Shown here: positions 30,920 through 38,631 of the stretch, one piece after another | Layout: each line of letters opens with the position of its first letter | Position numbering within the stretch: position 1 is the first letter of the stretch | Source: a phage | Strand: one strand, 5' to 3' | Sequence record: PZ445488.1 | DNA length: 64,000 nt | Made by a program: the position numbers and the translations under genes | Notes under the pieces: generated by a model | Seen by the model: only the letters and a program-made list of their open reading frames with translations | Told to the model about the DNA's origin: nothing | The model's database searches: none

Positions 30920-31081
30920 TCAGTGTTGATTGTAAACAGCTTTTTCTACACTTTTAACGTAATCAGTGTAGTCTTCCTGTTCGTACGAGTGTAAGGCCAA
31001 GAACGTGGCTAATAGTTCATTATAGACTAAAGCCTCACGCTCACGTTCTGCCTCTACTACGTTCTGAAGATTATGGCTCAT
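30920..31081 (-). CDS. hypothetical small acidic protein (asiA-motA variable interval)
   Basis: 53 aa from internal Met MSHNLQ; start abuts upstream stop. Confidence 0.35.
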   Translation of the reverse strand: MSHNLQNVVEAEREREALVYNELLATFLALHSYEQEDYTDYVKSVEKAVYNQH

Positions 31082-31082
31082 A

Positions 31083-31469
31083 TCATTCCTTATAACTATC
31101 AATGTAGTCCTGTATGTCAAAGAATGACATTTCATATTCTAGGACATTAAGAGCCCGTTCTTCAGTATAGTCAGAACCAAATACGATAGTGATTTCACCA
31201 GGCTTCATATGATTGAAATCGACACTAAAAGGAATACGAGAACATACTTCGTCTGCCATATCTGCAACAACACTACGATACACTTCTCGGTTAACCTGAT
31301 AAAGCTCTGCAAGTTCTTCACAACGAATAACAAGTTCAGTGGCAGGATTTTCTTTGATTTTAGTAAGCATAGTCTTTACCCTTATGTTTTTGTTTGCGTT
31401 TAGATTGAAGTTCTGATTTCTTCTTGTCCTTATGGACAGAAGCCTTATTGAAATCGTGTTTTGCCACAA
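31083..31469 (-). CDS. hypothetical acidic protein at the T4 arn position (start uncertain)
   Basis: 128-aa ORF, acidic C-terminal half; position only, no sequence match to T4 Arn verified. Confidence 0.35.
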   Translation of the reverse strand: MWQNTISIRLLSIRTRRNQNFNLNANKNIRVKTMLTKIKENPATELVIRCEELAELYQVNREVYRSVVADMADEVCSRIPFSVDFNHMKPGEITIVFGSDYTEERALNVLEYEMSFFDIQDYIDSYKE

Positions 31470-31672
31470 GATTGTTCATAATGCTTTATAACCTCGTTTA
31501 AACATTTATCAGTAAAAGAAAACTTTTTAGCCACAGAACATTCGATAATGTGCTCTTTCAAATCTTTAGGGTCAGTATAACCCATCTCAGTAATAAAGTG
31601 GCGAATTAAAGCTTTATTCTTATCATTAACAGAATTAAAATAATCTGCTTTAGAATCAATTATTCTCATCAT
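31445..31672 (-). CDS. hypothetical protein
   Basis: 75-aa ORF. Confidence 0.35.
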   Translation of the reverse strand: MMRIIDSKADYFNSVNDKNKALIRHFITEMGYTDPKDLKEHIIECSVAKKFSFTDKCLNEVIKHYEQSCGKTRFQ

Positions 31673-31937
31673 CTAATTTCCTTAATTGATATTGCAACGA
31701 GCTAATAATTTCTTCGTTCATTTTAATATACATGTCGCGCAAGAAAGGTTTTAACCCATCACGAATAATTGCTAACGTATCACCTTTACATAAATTAACC
31801 AAATAAGGATGGTCTAAAGCATCCCAACCAGGCTGATTAGCATACATACCATAGTTTTCTTCCATCATATGATTAAGATGTTTGATATCTTGGATACGTG
31901 ATTCAATAGCATCTTTCTGAAGTTGTTTAATATTCAT
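31656..31937 (-). CDS. hypothetical protein
   Basis: 93-aa ORF. Confidence 0.35.
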   Translation of the reverse strand: MNIKQLQKDAIESRIQDIKHLNHMMEENYGMYANQPGWDALDHPYLVNLCKGDTLAIIRDGLKPFLRDMYIKMNEEIISSLQYQLRKLDDENN

Positions 31938-32398
31938 TAATACAGGTCCTCTGAATAAAGTTCTTTCTCACTTCCACCACGTTCAATACGTACCTGTCCA
32001 GCATACGTTGCAATAATCATTGCTTCTTCACGCGTCCAGTAATTAGAGTATTGGTCAATAAAGCCTTGGTCGTCACCACAAACTTGTTGCGAGACTAATT
32101 GAGGACCAACTATATCAAGTACTTCAGCCATATCTTTAGAGTAATGACGAACTCCAGGAATAACCAGAGTTCCACCGCTCTTCAATTTAAACCTATTAGC
32201 TGCACATACTATAACACGTTGAACTTTTTGGTCATTGTTCCAATAGCACGTTTGCCAACAGATTTCAGGAACTTCATTCATTATATCATCAGCAGAATAA
32301 TTATAACCGTATGACTGGAATTTTTCTGCTAGACTTTCAGGAGTCTCACGAGACAAGGCCAAATCTAATAGCTCTAAACGTTCTTTAAATGATTTCAT
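31937..32398 (-). CDS. hypothetical protein
   Basis: 153-aa ORF, no motif recognised. Confidence 0.4.
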   Translation of the reverse strand: MKSFKERLELLDLALSRETPESLAEKFQSYGYNYSADDIMNEVPEICWQTCYWNNDQKVQRVIVCAANRFKLKSGGTLVIPGVRHYSKDMAEVLDIVGPQLVSQQVCGDDQGFIDQYSNYWTREEAMIIATYAGQVRIERGGSEKELYSEDLY

Positions 32399-32739
32399 TT
32401 AAACCATTCCTTAATACGTTGCCAAATAGATTTTTGTGCTTGTTTATTTACACCAATCGAACGAATAACCGGTTGTGACTGCTGATATTCTTTATAATCT
32501 TCTTTATAGATTTCGTAAGCTGCATCAACAAATGAACTGATCGCTGCCATAAAGTTTTTACGTATACCGCCAGGAGCTACTCCATTAGGGAATTCGGAAT
32601 TTTCGCGAATAATTAAATATAACCCAGCTCTAACTTTAACGATAGTTCCAAGATAAGCCCCGTGGTACCAAATATCCCATCCTTCCTGAGTAGGTTCTGC
32701 ACATTTACGAAGTTCGTTAATAATATTCAGCTTATTCAT
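32395..32739 (-). CDS. hypothetical protein
   Basis: 114-aa ORF. Confidence 0.4.
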   Translation of the reverse strand: MNKLNIINELRKCAEPTQEGWDIWYHGAYLGTIVKVRAGLYLIIRENSEFPNGVAPGGIRKNFMAAISSFVDAAYEIYKEDYKEYQQSQPVIRSIGVNKQAQKSIWQRIKEWFK

Positions 32740-32749
32740 TATGTATTCC

Positions 32750-33382
32750 TCACAGTACGTTAGTTACAAGGGTAATGATTTCTTTAGACACATTAGGGAA
32801 GTCAATGTAAGTATATTTACCACCGATCTTAATCTTAACATCATTTTCAAGAGAAGTAAACAGCTTTGATTCAGTTTCTGACATGTTGTATGCAAAGATT
32901 CTAAGAGCGCCATCTCGTCGAATTTCAATTTGGCGAATGCCTAGAACTCGTTTAGCGAATCGAACTTCTAAGTTACTACGGTTTTCACCAATTTCTTTAA
33001 CTTCAACTTTATCTTTAATATTTTCAAAAACAAAGTTTGCTAATTCATGCATTTCAGGAGTAACTCCACGTGCTTTTCTGGTGTTACGTTTCTGAAGAAG
33101 TTCTGGAGCATTTTCTTGAGCAAATAGGTCTGCAGCTTTTTGGATAATATCCATTGCTTCGCCGGTTGCCACAAGTCCATCACCAGATTTTTCGACTAAA
33201 CCTTTCTTAATCAATACACCAATGTTAGAGTTAACAACTGATGCATTGTATTCTGCTTCCAGAGCTTCACGGACATTGGCAGCAGTGGTGAAGTTGTTCT
33301 TAATGATATAAACCATTATTGCAGCAGTTTTTTCATTCAGAGTGTTTTCAGAAGCTTTGATGATGTAAGTAACTTTAGACAT
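32750..33382 (-). CDS. motA: middle-transcription activator MotA
   Basis: 210 aa; MSKVTYIIKAS...VVNSNIGVLIKKGLVEKSGDGL... matches remembered T4 MotA. Confidence 0.9.
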   Translation of the reverse strand: MSKVTYIIKASENTLNEKTAAIMVYIIKNNFTTAANVREALEAEYNASVVNSNIGVLIKKGLVEKSGDGLVATGEAMDIIQKAADLFAQENAPELLQKRNTRKARGVTPEMHELANFVFENIKDKVEVKEIGENRSNLEVRFAKRVLGIRQIEIRRDGALRIFAYNMSETESKLFTSLENDVKIKIGGKYTYIDFPNVSKEIITLVTNVL

Positions 33383-33415
33383 TTTATTTCTCCAAATTAG
33401 TATTTTTTTTTGATA

Positions 33416-33450
33416 GGTCTATAATATCATGTTTGAAGCAAAAGTAAACT
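33416..33450 (-). promoter_or_regulatory. early promoter for motA with MotA-box-like TGCTTCA in spacer; copy A of a duplicated promoter/leader
   Basis: GTTTACttttGCTTCAaacatgaTATTATAG on minus strand; duplicated at 33737..33771. Confidence 0.5.
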
Positions 33451-33486
33451 TTATTTTGGGCTCTTTTTCAAAAGCCCTGGTAAAAT

Positions 33487-33702
33487 TTACAAACTCATTT
33501 CTTTAATAAGGCTAATAAGTTTTGCCTTTTTAGAACGAAGCTTTTCTAAATGATACCCGTTTGAACCGCGAACAACTAAAGAATTGATTTCAACTTCTAA
33601 GAAATTTAATTCTTCAACAAGTGCTTTACGGGGAGCATTCATACCAGGTTTAACTTTACCGAAACGAGTAGTTGTGTTTTGGGTTAATTTCATTTTAGAC
33701 AT
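33487..33702 (-). CDS. hypothetical basic protein (71 aa) sharing leader and MSK start with motA
   Basis: identical 5' leader and ATGTCTAAA start as motA. Confidence 0.45.
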   Translation of the reverse strand: MSKMKLTQNTTTRFGKVKPGMNAPRKALVEELNFLEVEINSLVVRGSNGYHLEKLRSKKAKLISLIKEMSL

Positions 33703-33736
33703 TTTATTTCTCCAATTTGGTTGTTTTGTTTTGATA

Positions 33737-33771
33737 GGTCTATAATATCATGTTTGAAGCACATGTAAACT
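33737..33771 (-). promoter_or_regulatory. early promoter, copy B of duplicated promoter/leader
   Basis: GTTTACatgtGCTTCAaacatgaTATTATAG on minus strand. Confidence 0.5.
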
Positions 33772-33797
33772 GTTTTGTGAGGAAAAATGCACAAAAG

Positions 33798-33813
33798 GGA
33801 GCTTCGGCTCCCT
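33798..33813. other. tetraloop hairpin gggagc-uucg-gcuccc, exact reverse complement of hairpin 20..35
   Basis: perfect inverted repeat between gene 52 and downstream ORF; opposite orientation to other hairpins. Confidence 0.4.
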
Positions 33814-33888
33814 AATCATGTTTGTCCAACCAATACAACCAAATCACTAGTGCAGCTATTGCACTGAGAAATCCTAAGGCTAGGGCAC

Positions 33889-35214
33889 TCAAAGTGCCTC
33901 CAAGTCTTTAGTGTACTCTGTCACAACATCAGTAGACTTCCAATACTCATTTTCTTCTTTCTTAGCTTTAGCTTCTTCTGCTAGTTTACGTGCTTCATCG
34001 GAAGTGATATGGAAGATGTTAAGACCTACCAGTTTATCGACATGTTCTTTATACATTTCGATTTGTGCTAGCTCTTCGGTCAAAGCTTTACGAGTCTTGC
34101 CCTGAATCACAATTTCGCCACTGATAACTTTTTTGATGAAGTGTGCCTTAGCAAAAGCAAGTTTAAATGCTTTTTCAGATTCAAGGATTTTGTTGTCAAT
34201 ACGTTTCTGAACGTAAGTCTTACGGACTTCAACAAAATCTTTGATTAAGTCCACTACGTTATCGTAGACTGCTAATTTACCCTTTTCATTAATCACTGTG
34301 ATGTTTTGTGAACGACGTTCGATGAGACTAAAATCTTTCATGATTTTTTCATGACGTAGATCTTCATCATCAGGAAGCGAGTACTCTTTACGGAACTTCA
34401 CCTTAAACCCAAAGCCGTGTTCACCACAATCATCTTCCCATGAGATTAGACCTTTGTCTTCCAACGGGTCAAGAACCTTACTCACATACGTTTCACGGTC
34501 GAATTTATATGGGATTTCAGTTATCTGCATTTGAGTACGAGATGTGAACTTGTATGTTCCGTGAATCTCATAACGCCCATCAACTTCATGCACTTCACCA
34601 CGGAATTCCGGGAATTCAACTTTTGGCTTAGTGACATTTTTACCTTGAAGAGCTTGTAATACAGCCTTTTTGACTGATTTAAAACTATGAGGCAGAATAT
34701 TTGTTGCGTAACCGGTTGCAATACCAGAGACGCCATTCAAAAGAACTGTCGGAATAATAGGAAGATAGAATTTTGGTGGAACGTGTTCTTTATCTTCGTG
34801 AGCTGGAGCATATTCAGTATCTTTATATACGTTATAGAAATTTTTACTTACACGAGCAAAAATATAACGAGATGCTGCAGCTTTTTGGACTGTTCTAGAA
34901 CCAAAGTTGCCTTGGCCATCTAACAGTGGATAATTGTTGTTCCATGTGTTAGCCATTAATGCACCTGCATCTTGTGCAGAAGATTCACCATGGTGATAAC
35001 CTAAATCTGCAACACCGCCTGCAATTGACGCAAGTTTATGAAATTTTTCTTTATTACCACGAGCCAAATCTAATGCACGATGAACCACAAAACGTTGAAC
35101 CGGCTTAAATCCATCAATCATGTTTGGGATTGCACGGTTTTCAACGGTGTACATAGCATATGCTAAGGCTTCGTTATCAATAATACTTTTTAGATTACGA
35201 GAATTCAATTGCAT
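33889..35214 (-). CDS. 52: DNA topoisomerase II medium subunit gp52
   Basis: 441 aa; GyrA/ParC-like N-terminal region (AIPNMIDGFKPVQRFV, active-site Tyr region); T4 gp52-like. Confidence 0.9.
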   Translation of the reverse strand: MQLNSRNLKSIIDNEALAYAMYTVENRAIPNMIDGFKPVQRFVVHRALDLARGNKEKFHKLASIAGGVADLGYHHGESSAQDAGALMANTWNNNYPLLDGQGNFGSRTVQKAAASRYIFARVSKNFYNVYKDTEYAPAHEDKEHVPPKFYLPIIPTVLLNGVSGIATGYATNILPHSFKSVKKAVLQALQGKNVTKPKVEFPEFRGEVHEVDGRYEIHGTYKFTSRTQMQITEIPYKFDRETYVSKVLDPLEDKGLISWEDDCGEHGFGFKVKFRKEYSLPDDEDLRHEKIMKDFSLIERRSQNITVINEKGKLAVYDNVVDLIKDFVEVRKTYVQKRIDNKILESEKAFKLAFAKAHFIKKVISGEIVIQGKTRKALTEELAQIEMYKEHVDKLVGLNIFHITSDEARKLAEEAKAKKEENEYWKSTDVVTEYTKDLEAL

Positions 35215-35218
35215 ATTT

Positions 35219-35359
35219 TCACCATATTAATGAACGAATAACCATTATAACATCTGAAATGAAAAGCACTACTTGGATTAGTCCAAACATCACACCATAG
35301 TACAGAACCGTAAGCAACAACAAGAGCCCGAAGGCTCCTGCTAAGATTTTCTTAATCAT
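35219..35359 (-). CDS. small hydrophobic membrane protein (46 aa), T4 ac/stp interval
   Basis: hand translation MIKKILAGAFGLLLLLTVLYYGVMFGLIQVVLFISDVIMVIRSLIW; below ORF-track cutoff. Confidence 0.35.
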   Translation of the reverse strand: MIKKILAGAFGLLLLLTVLYYGVMFGLIQVVLFISDVIMVIRSLIW

Positions 35360-35505
35360 TACTCGCCTTTTAATACGTTAAGAAGAGCTAAGACCGCTAA
35401 GGTACCTTGTGATACAGCCTGTTGAAATACTGTTGTTTCGCCTGTAACTAAAGTGTTAACGAATAAAAACGACCAACACAGCAATGCAATAATCCATGCT
35501 ACCAT
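35359..35505 (-). CDS. small hydrophobic membrane protein (48 aa)
   Basis: hand translation MVAWIIALLCWSFLFVNTLVTGETTVFQQAVSQGTLAVLALLNVLKGE; stop overlaps next start (TAATG). Confidence 0.35.
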   Translation of the reverse strand: MVAWIIALLCWSFLFVNTLVTGETTVFQQAVSQGTLAVLALLNVLKGE

Positions 35506-35557
35506 TTTAATTACCTCAAAAATAAATTAAAGGCCTAACTTAATAGGCCTGTATAAA

Positions 35558-36004
35558 TTAGTAACTCTGCAGAATAAATTTGAAATTATCGGCCAGAAGA
35601 CGGTTCATTTCAGTGAGTGTTTGATATTCTGATGTATGGTTGCGAGTGAACGCTAGAGCCAATTGTCCTTTACCATAACCGGTAGTTAGGGGTTTCATGT
35701 TCTTAGCTGAAACAAAGATTACATCATATTCAATATTATTAGTGCCCATGGTACGGGCGAGTTGTGAGCGGCCTTGACGAATGTGAGAAAGAATTGCATC
35801 CAACCCTTGTTTAGAACGTTGACGTCCTACAAAGAATCGTGCTGCTACTTGTCGCCAATCAGATGAACCTTTAACAAAGAAGTAAAAACCTTCACGAGAA
35901 CGAAACTCTTTAGAAACTTCAGAACCGTATTCACCATTACGAACTACTGCAACAACTTCACCGCCAACTGCCAGAAGGTCTTTACGAGTTAAATATTTGG
36001 ACAT
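35558..36004 (-). CDS. ndd: nucleoid disruption protein Ndd
   Basis: 148 aa; ...RQRSKQG..A.LSHIRQ.RSQLART...[40 protein letters not shown] matches remembered T4 Ndd. Confidence 0.85.
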   Translation of the reverse strand: MSKYLTRKDLLAVGGEVVAVVRNGEYGSEVSKEFRSREGFYFFVKGSSDWRQVAARFFVGRQRSKQGLDAILSHIRQGRSQLARTMGTNNIEYDVIFVSAKNMKPLTTGYGKGQLALAFTRNHTSEYQTLTEMNRLLADNFKFILQSY

Positions 36005-36046
36005 GCTAATTTCCTCAATTGATTAATGTTTTTGTAATCCATGAGA

Positions 36047-36078
36047 GCATTATACTCTGCTCTCAAGAGTTTGTACAA
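36047..36078 (-). promoter_or_regulatory. early promoter for ndd (variant -35 TGTACA, -10 TATAAT), repeated promoter segment
   Basis: near-identical to segment 6561..6600. Confidence 0.45.
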
Positions 36079-36080
36079 TT

Positions 36081-36281
36081 TTATTCGGTTATATCAGAAC
36101 GTTCAAAAAGCTCTTCAACAGTTAAACATTCAGTGTCATCCTCAATAAAGAATCGAGTCCAACACGTTGGGGCGATACAGTTATGAGTTTGTCCGGTGAT
36201 AGAAGCTACACGAATAAGCTGCTGACCATTATTCAGAACAAATTTTTCACCAATTTCAACATCTTTAAAAAGCTTAGCCAT
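36081..36281 (-). CDS. hypothetical protein
   Basis: 66-aa ORF with own promoter. Confidence 0.35.
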   Translation of the reverse strand: MAKLFKDVEIGEKFVLNNGQQLIRVASITGQTHNCIAPTCWTRFFIEDDTECLTVEELFERSDITE

Positions 36282-36307
36282 TTTGTGTTCCTCATGTTTT
36301 GATAGGA

Positions 36308-36340
36308 CTACTATACCATAATCCTATCGTGATGTAAACA
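36308..36340 (-). promoter_or_regulatory. T4-type early promoter
   Basis: GTTTAC-N18-TATAGT on minus strand. Confidence 0.45.
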
Positions 36341-36531
36341 ATTAAATTACATTAAAATATGTTAAAGCCAGCCATGTTCCAGTGAACGAACATGCAATGT
36401 AAAAACCCGTATCACAAATTGTTCTTAGTACAATAAGAAGTGCATTTTTCATAAGTACCTCAACACAATTGAAAATATTATACAAATCATTGGGATACTA
36501 AGCAACCATATTCCTATCCACATTTTAGAGC

Positions 36532-36795
36532 TCATATCTCAACTTCCGCGAGTTCCATATATCCTTTGTTGATAACCTCTTTAAGGTCTTTAGAAAGAAT
36601 AACACCAAAATGGTCGTTCATATGTCCATTAACTAAACGAGTTATTTCGGCTTCAGATGACATATAAGGCACGTCTGAGTCCCAATGAGATAGACCCAAA
36701 TGGGTATAAATCATCCCTTCGTCATCTGCAGTGTTGTACATTGAAACAAATTCGCCTGTTACTTTATGTTTTGCGTAGAAAAATTTAAATTTCAT
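36532..36795 (-). CDS. hypothetical protein
   Basis: 87-aa ORF with own promoter. Confidence 0.4.
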   Translation of the reverse strand: MKFKFFYAKHKVTGEFVSMYNTADDEGMIYTHLGLSHWDSDVPYMSSEAEITRLVNGHMNDHFGVILSKDLKEVINKGYMELAEVEI

Positions 36796-36818
36796 GATGT
36801 TATCCTCTTTTAGATAGG

Positions 36819-36852
36819 ACTACTATATCATAGTCCTACTTAGTTGTAAACA
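36819..36852 (-). promoter_or_regulatory. T4-type early promoter
   Basis: GTTTAC and TATAGT-like -10 on minus strand. Confidence 0.45.
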
Positions 36853-36863
36853 CTTTTGTGAAA

Positions 36864-37421
36864 TTAAAGATGAAGATACCACCCGTTGTAGTTGCTCTTG
36901 CGGACGATTTTCTTTAGGTCTTCATGGTCTCCCACGAACTTTATAGAATAAGAGAAGACGTCAGGTGAGGTTTCTTTGACATCTAATATAATAATGCAAT
37001 CTGCGACTCGATGGTTCAAGAAGGGCCCTATATTGATTCCATTACCACCCGGATAATCACCACTGTATCCTGTGGTAACCGAAATCCATTTCGAATCCAT
37101 CTGATGGGTCTTTACTTCTACGCGTAGACCACAGTACTTAGGATGAGCTAAAACGTCCCATGCATACGTGTACGGGTCTTCTACGTCTTCATTACCTTTA
37201 TTAACATATCCGTCTAGCCAATTTGCTACTACATACTCTGCAAAGACTGCAACCTTACAACGTCGAACAACGTCTTCTTTTATTTGACCTGGATCTTGTT
37301 TCAACGAGTACCGAGCAGTATCAGCGATCTTAACCTTCATTTCGCTAGTCAAAAACTCATTCGACAGGATAAATGTCGGAAGACTCTTCAGCCTCAACAG
37401 TCCCAAGTTCGTCTTTACCAT
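36864..37421 (-). CDS. denB: endonuclease IV; start set at MVKTNLGLL
   Basis: 185 aa; NLGLLRLKSLPTFILS.EFL.SEMKVKIADTARYSLKQ.PGQIKEDVVRRCKVAVFAEYVVANWLDGYVNKG matches remembered T4 DenB. Confidence 0.85.
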   Translation of the reverse strand: MVKTNLGLLRLKSLPTFILSNEFLTSEMKVKIADTARYSLKQDPGQIKEDVVRRCKVAVFAEYVVANWLDGYVNKGNEDVEDPYTYAWDVLAHPKYCGLRVEVKTHQMDSKWISVTTGYSGDYPGGNGINIGPFLNHRVADCIIILDVKETSPDVFSYSIKFVGDHEDLKKIVRKSNYNGWYLHL

Positions 37422-37644
37422 AGATACCTCTAATGTGTAGTTCGCCAAAATAAATGCGGTCACCTTCTTCAAGATATTCTGCATCTACCGGTGGGATTTC
37501 AATAACAACTTCGTCACATTCTAACCAGCCATAGTGTGCATCACCTGGGTGTTTTACCAATTTAGCGCAATACACTGATTTACATTTATGATGGCCACGA
37601 AGATTAGCGATTTTGGATTCTGATACGTCAAATGGATGAATCAT
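37357..37644 (-). CDS. hypothetical protein between rIIB and denB (start uncertain; 3' end overlaps denB start)
   Basis: 95 aa from internal Met MIHPFDVSE; Cys/His-containing. Confidence 0.35.
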   Translation of the reverse strand: MIHPFDVSESKIANLRGHHKCKSVYCAKLVKHPGDAHYGWLECDEVVIEIPPVDAEYLEEGDRIYFGELHIRGIYGKDELGTVEAEESSDIYPVE

Positions 37645-37665
37645 AATTACCCCTAAAGAAAAAAA

Positions 37666-37681
37666 GGGGACCGAAGTCCCC
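37666..37681 (-). terminator. tetraloop hairpin ggggac-cgaa-gucccc after rIIB
   Basis: perfect inverted repeat 6 nt after rIIB stop. Confidence 0.5.
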
Positions 37682-37686
37682 AATTA

Positions 37687-38622
37687 TTATTCTGCAAATA
37701 ATTCAGTAACGTCTGAAATTACTTCATAACGACAAGTACGCATCTTAGCATCACCATAGTCAACTGGGATGGATACAACATCACGTGGATGAACTTTAAC
37801 CTTCACAACTTTATCTGAGCTTGAACCAAAGTGGCGAATATAAGATTTAGCACAAACGTGGAGACCGCGAGAACAGGTTTGAGTATCATCGTCGTTAACT
37901 CGAGTACGAGGCATTGAAACAACTTTACCTGGGGAGTTATCAAATGTACCACTATAGCAGTCTAAATAGTCCTTACGAACTACTTTCCACGCATAGAAAT
38001 GACCATCTTCAGTGATTTCAATATCATTTGCAACCAAGAAGTCGAATAAACGTTGTACAGCTTTTTCGCTTGGGTTTTCTAACAGGTTTTCAAGGAACGG
38101 CAGATAGAATTTAAAGTCTTCGCCTTTTTCCATGGAATCAATAATACGATTAACCAAGCCAGAACGAATCTCTATACCTTGATAAAATAAACTACCACCT
38201 TCAATAACAACATTACCGTCAACAAACTTACTAATAGCTTTCTTGATGTTAATAAGTTCGACAGCTTTACTAAGGTTTCCTGCGACCAGATTAGCTTTAA
38301 TTTCTTCAAAATTTGCATGACTTGATGGGGTCGCATTGTATGCTACGCGTCCTTCAATAATTGAAATAAATTTAGATGACGCGTTCCATACTATTTCAGG
38401 ACGATGTCCGCCGATAATAGGTTCATTATTTTCTTGGACCTGTTCTTCGTCTTCAAATTCAGCTGCTTTCTCTTCAGCTTTAAAGTTCTTAACAATCTTA
38501 CGAAGAGTGTCAGTGGAAATATTGAAGTAATCAGCAATTTCCCGACGGGTCCATTGGCCTGATTTAACCAGACCGTAAGCTTCTAACTGTTCTTCTTGAG
38601 ACAAGCATTTAATATTGTACAT
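37687..38622 (-). CDS. rIIB: rIIB membrane-associated protein
   Basis: 311 aa, T4 RIIB-like, syntenic after rIIA. Confidence 0.9.
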   Translation of the reverse strand: MYNIKCLSQEEQLEAYGLVKSGQWTRREIADYFNISTDTLRKIVKNFKAEEKAAEFEDEEQVQENNEPIIGGHRPEIVWNASSKFISIIEGRVAYNATPSSHANFEEIKANLVAGNLSKAVELINIKKAISKFVDGNVVIEGGSLFYQGIEIRSGLVNRIIDSMEKGEDFKFYLPFLENLLENPSEKAVQRLFDFLVANDIEITEDGHFYAWKVVRKDYLDCYSGTFDNSPGKVVSMPRTRVNDDDTQTCSRGLHVCAKSYIRHFGSSSDKVVKVKVHPRDVVSIPVDYGDAKMRTCRYEVISDVTELFAE

Positions 38623-38631
38623 AATGTTTCC

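Noticed and set aside
31083-31469. Confident identification as T4 Arn (anti-McrBC)
   Set aside because: Only the position matches; no remembered sequence similarity, so it is reported only as an arn-position hypothetical protein.
35326-35342. Hairpin gagccc-gaag-gctc as a terminator
   Set aside because: It lies inside the small hydrophobic ORF 35219..35359 (codons for AFGL); probably coincidental and not counted with the intergenic hairpins.
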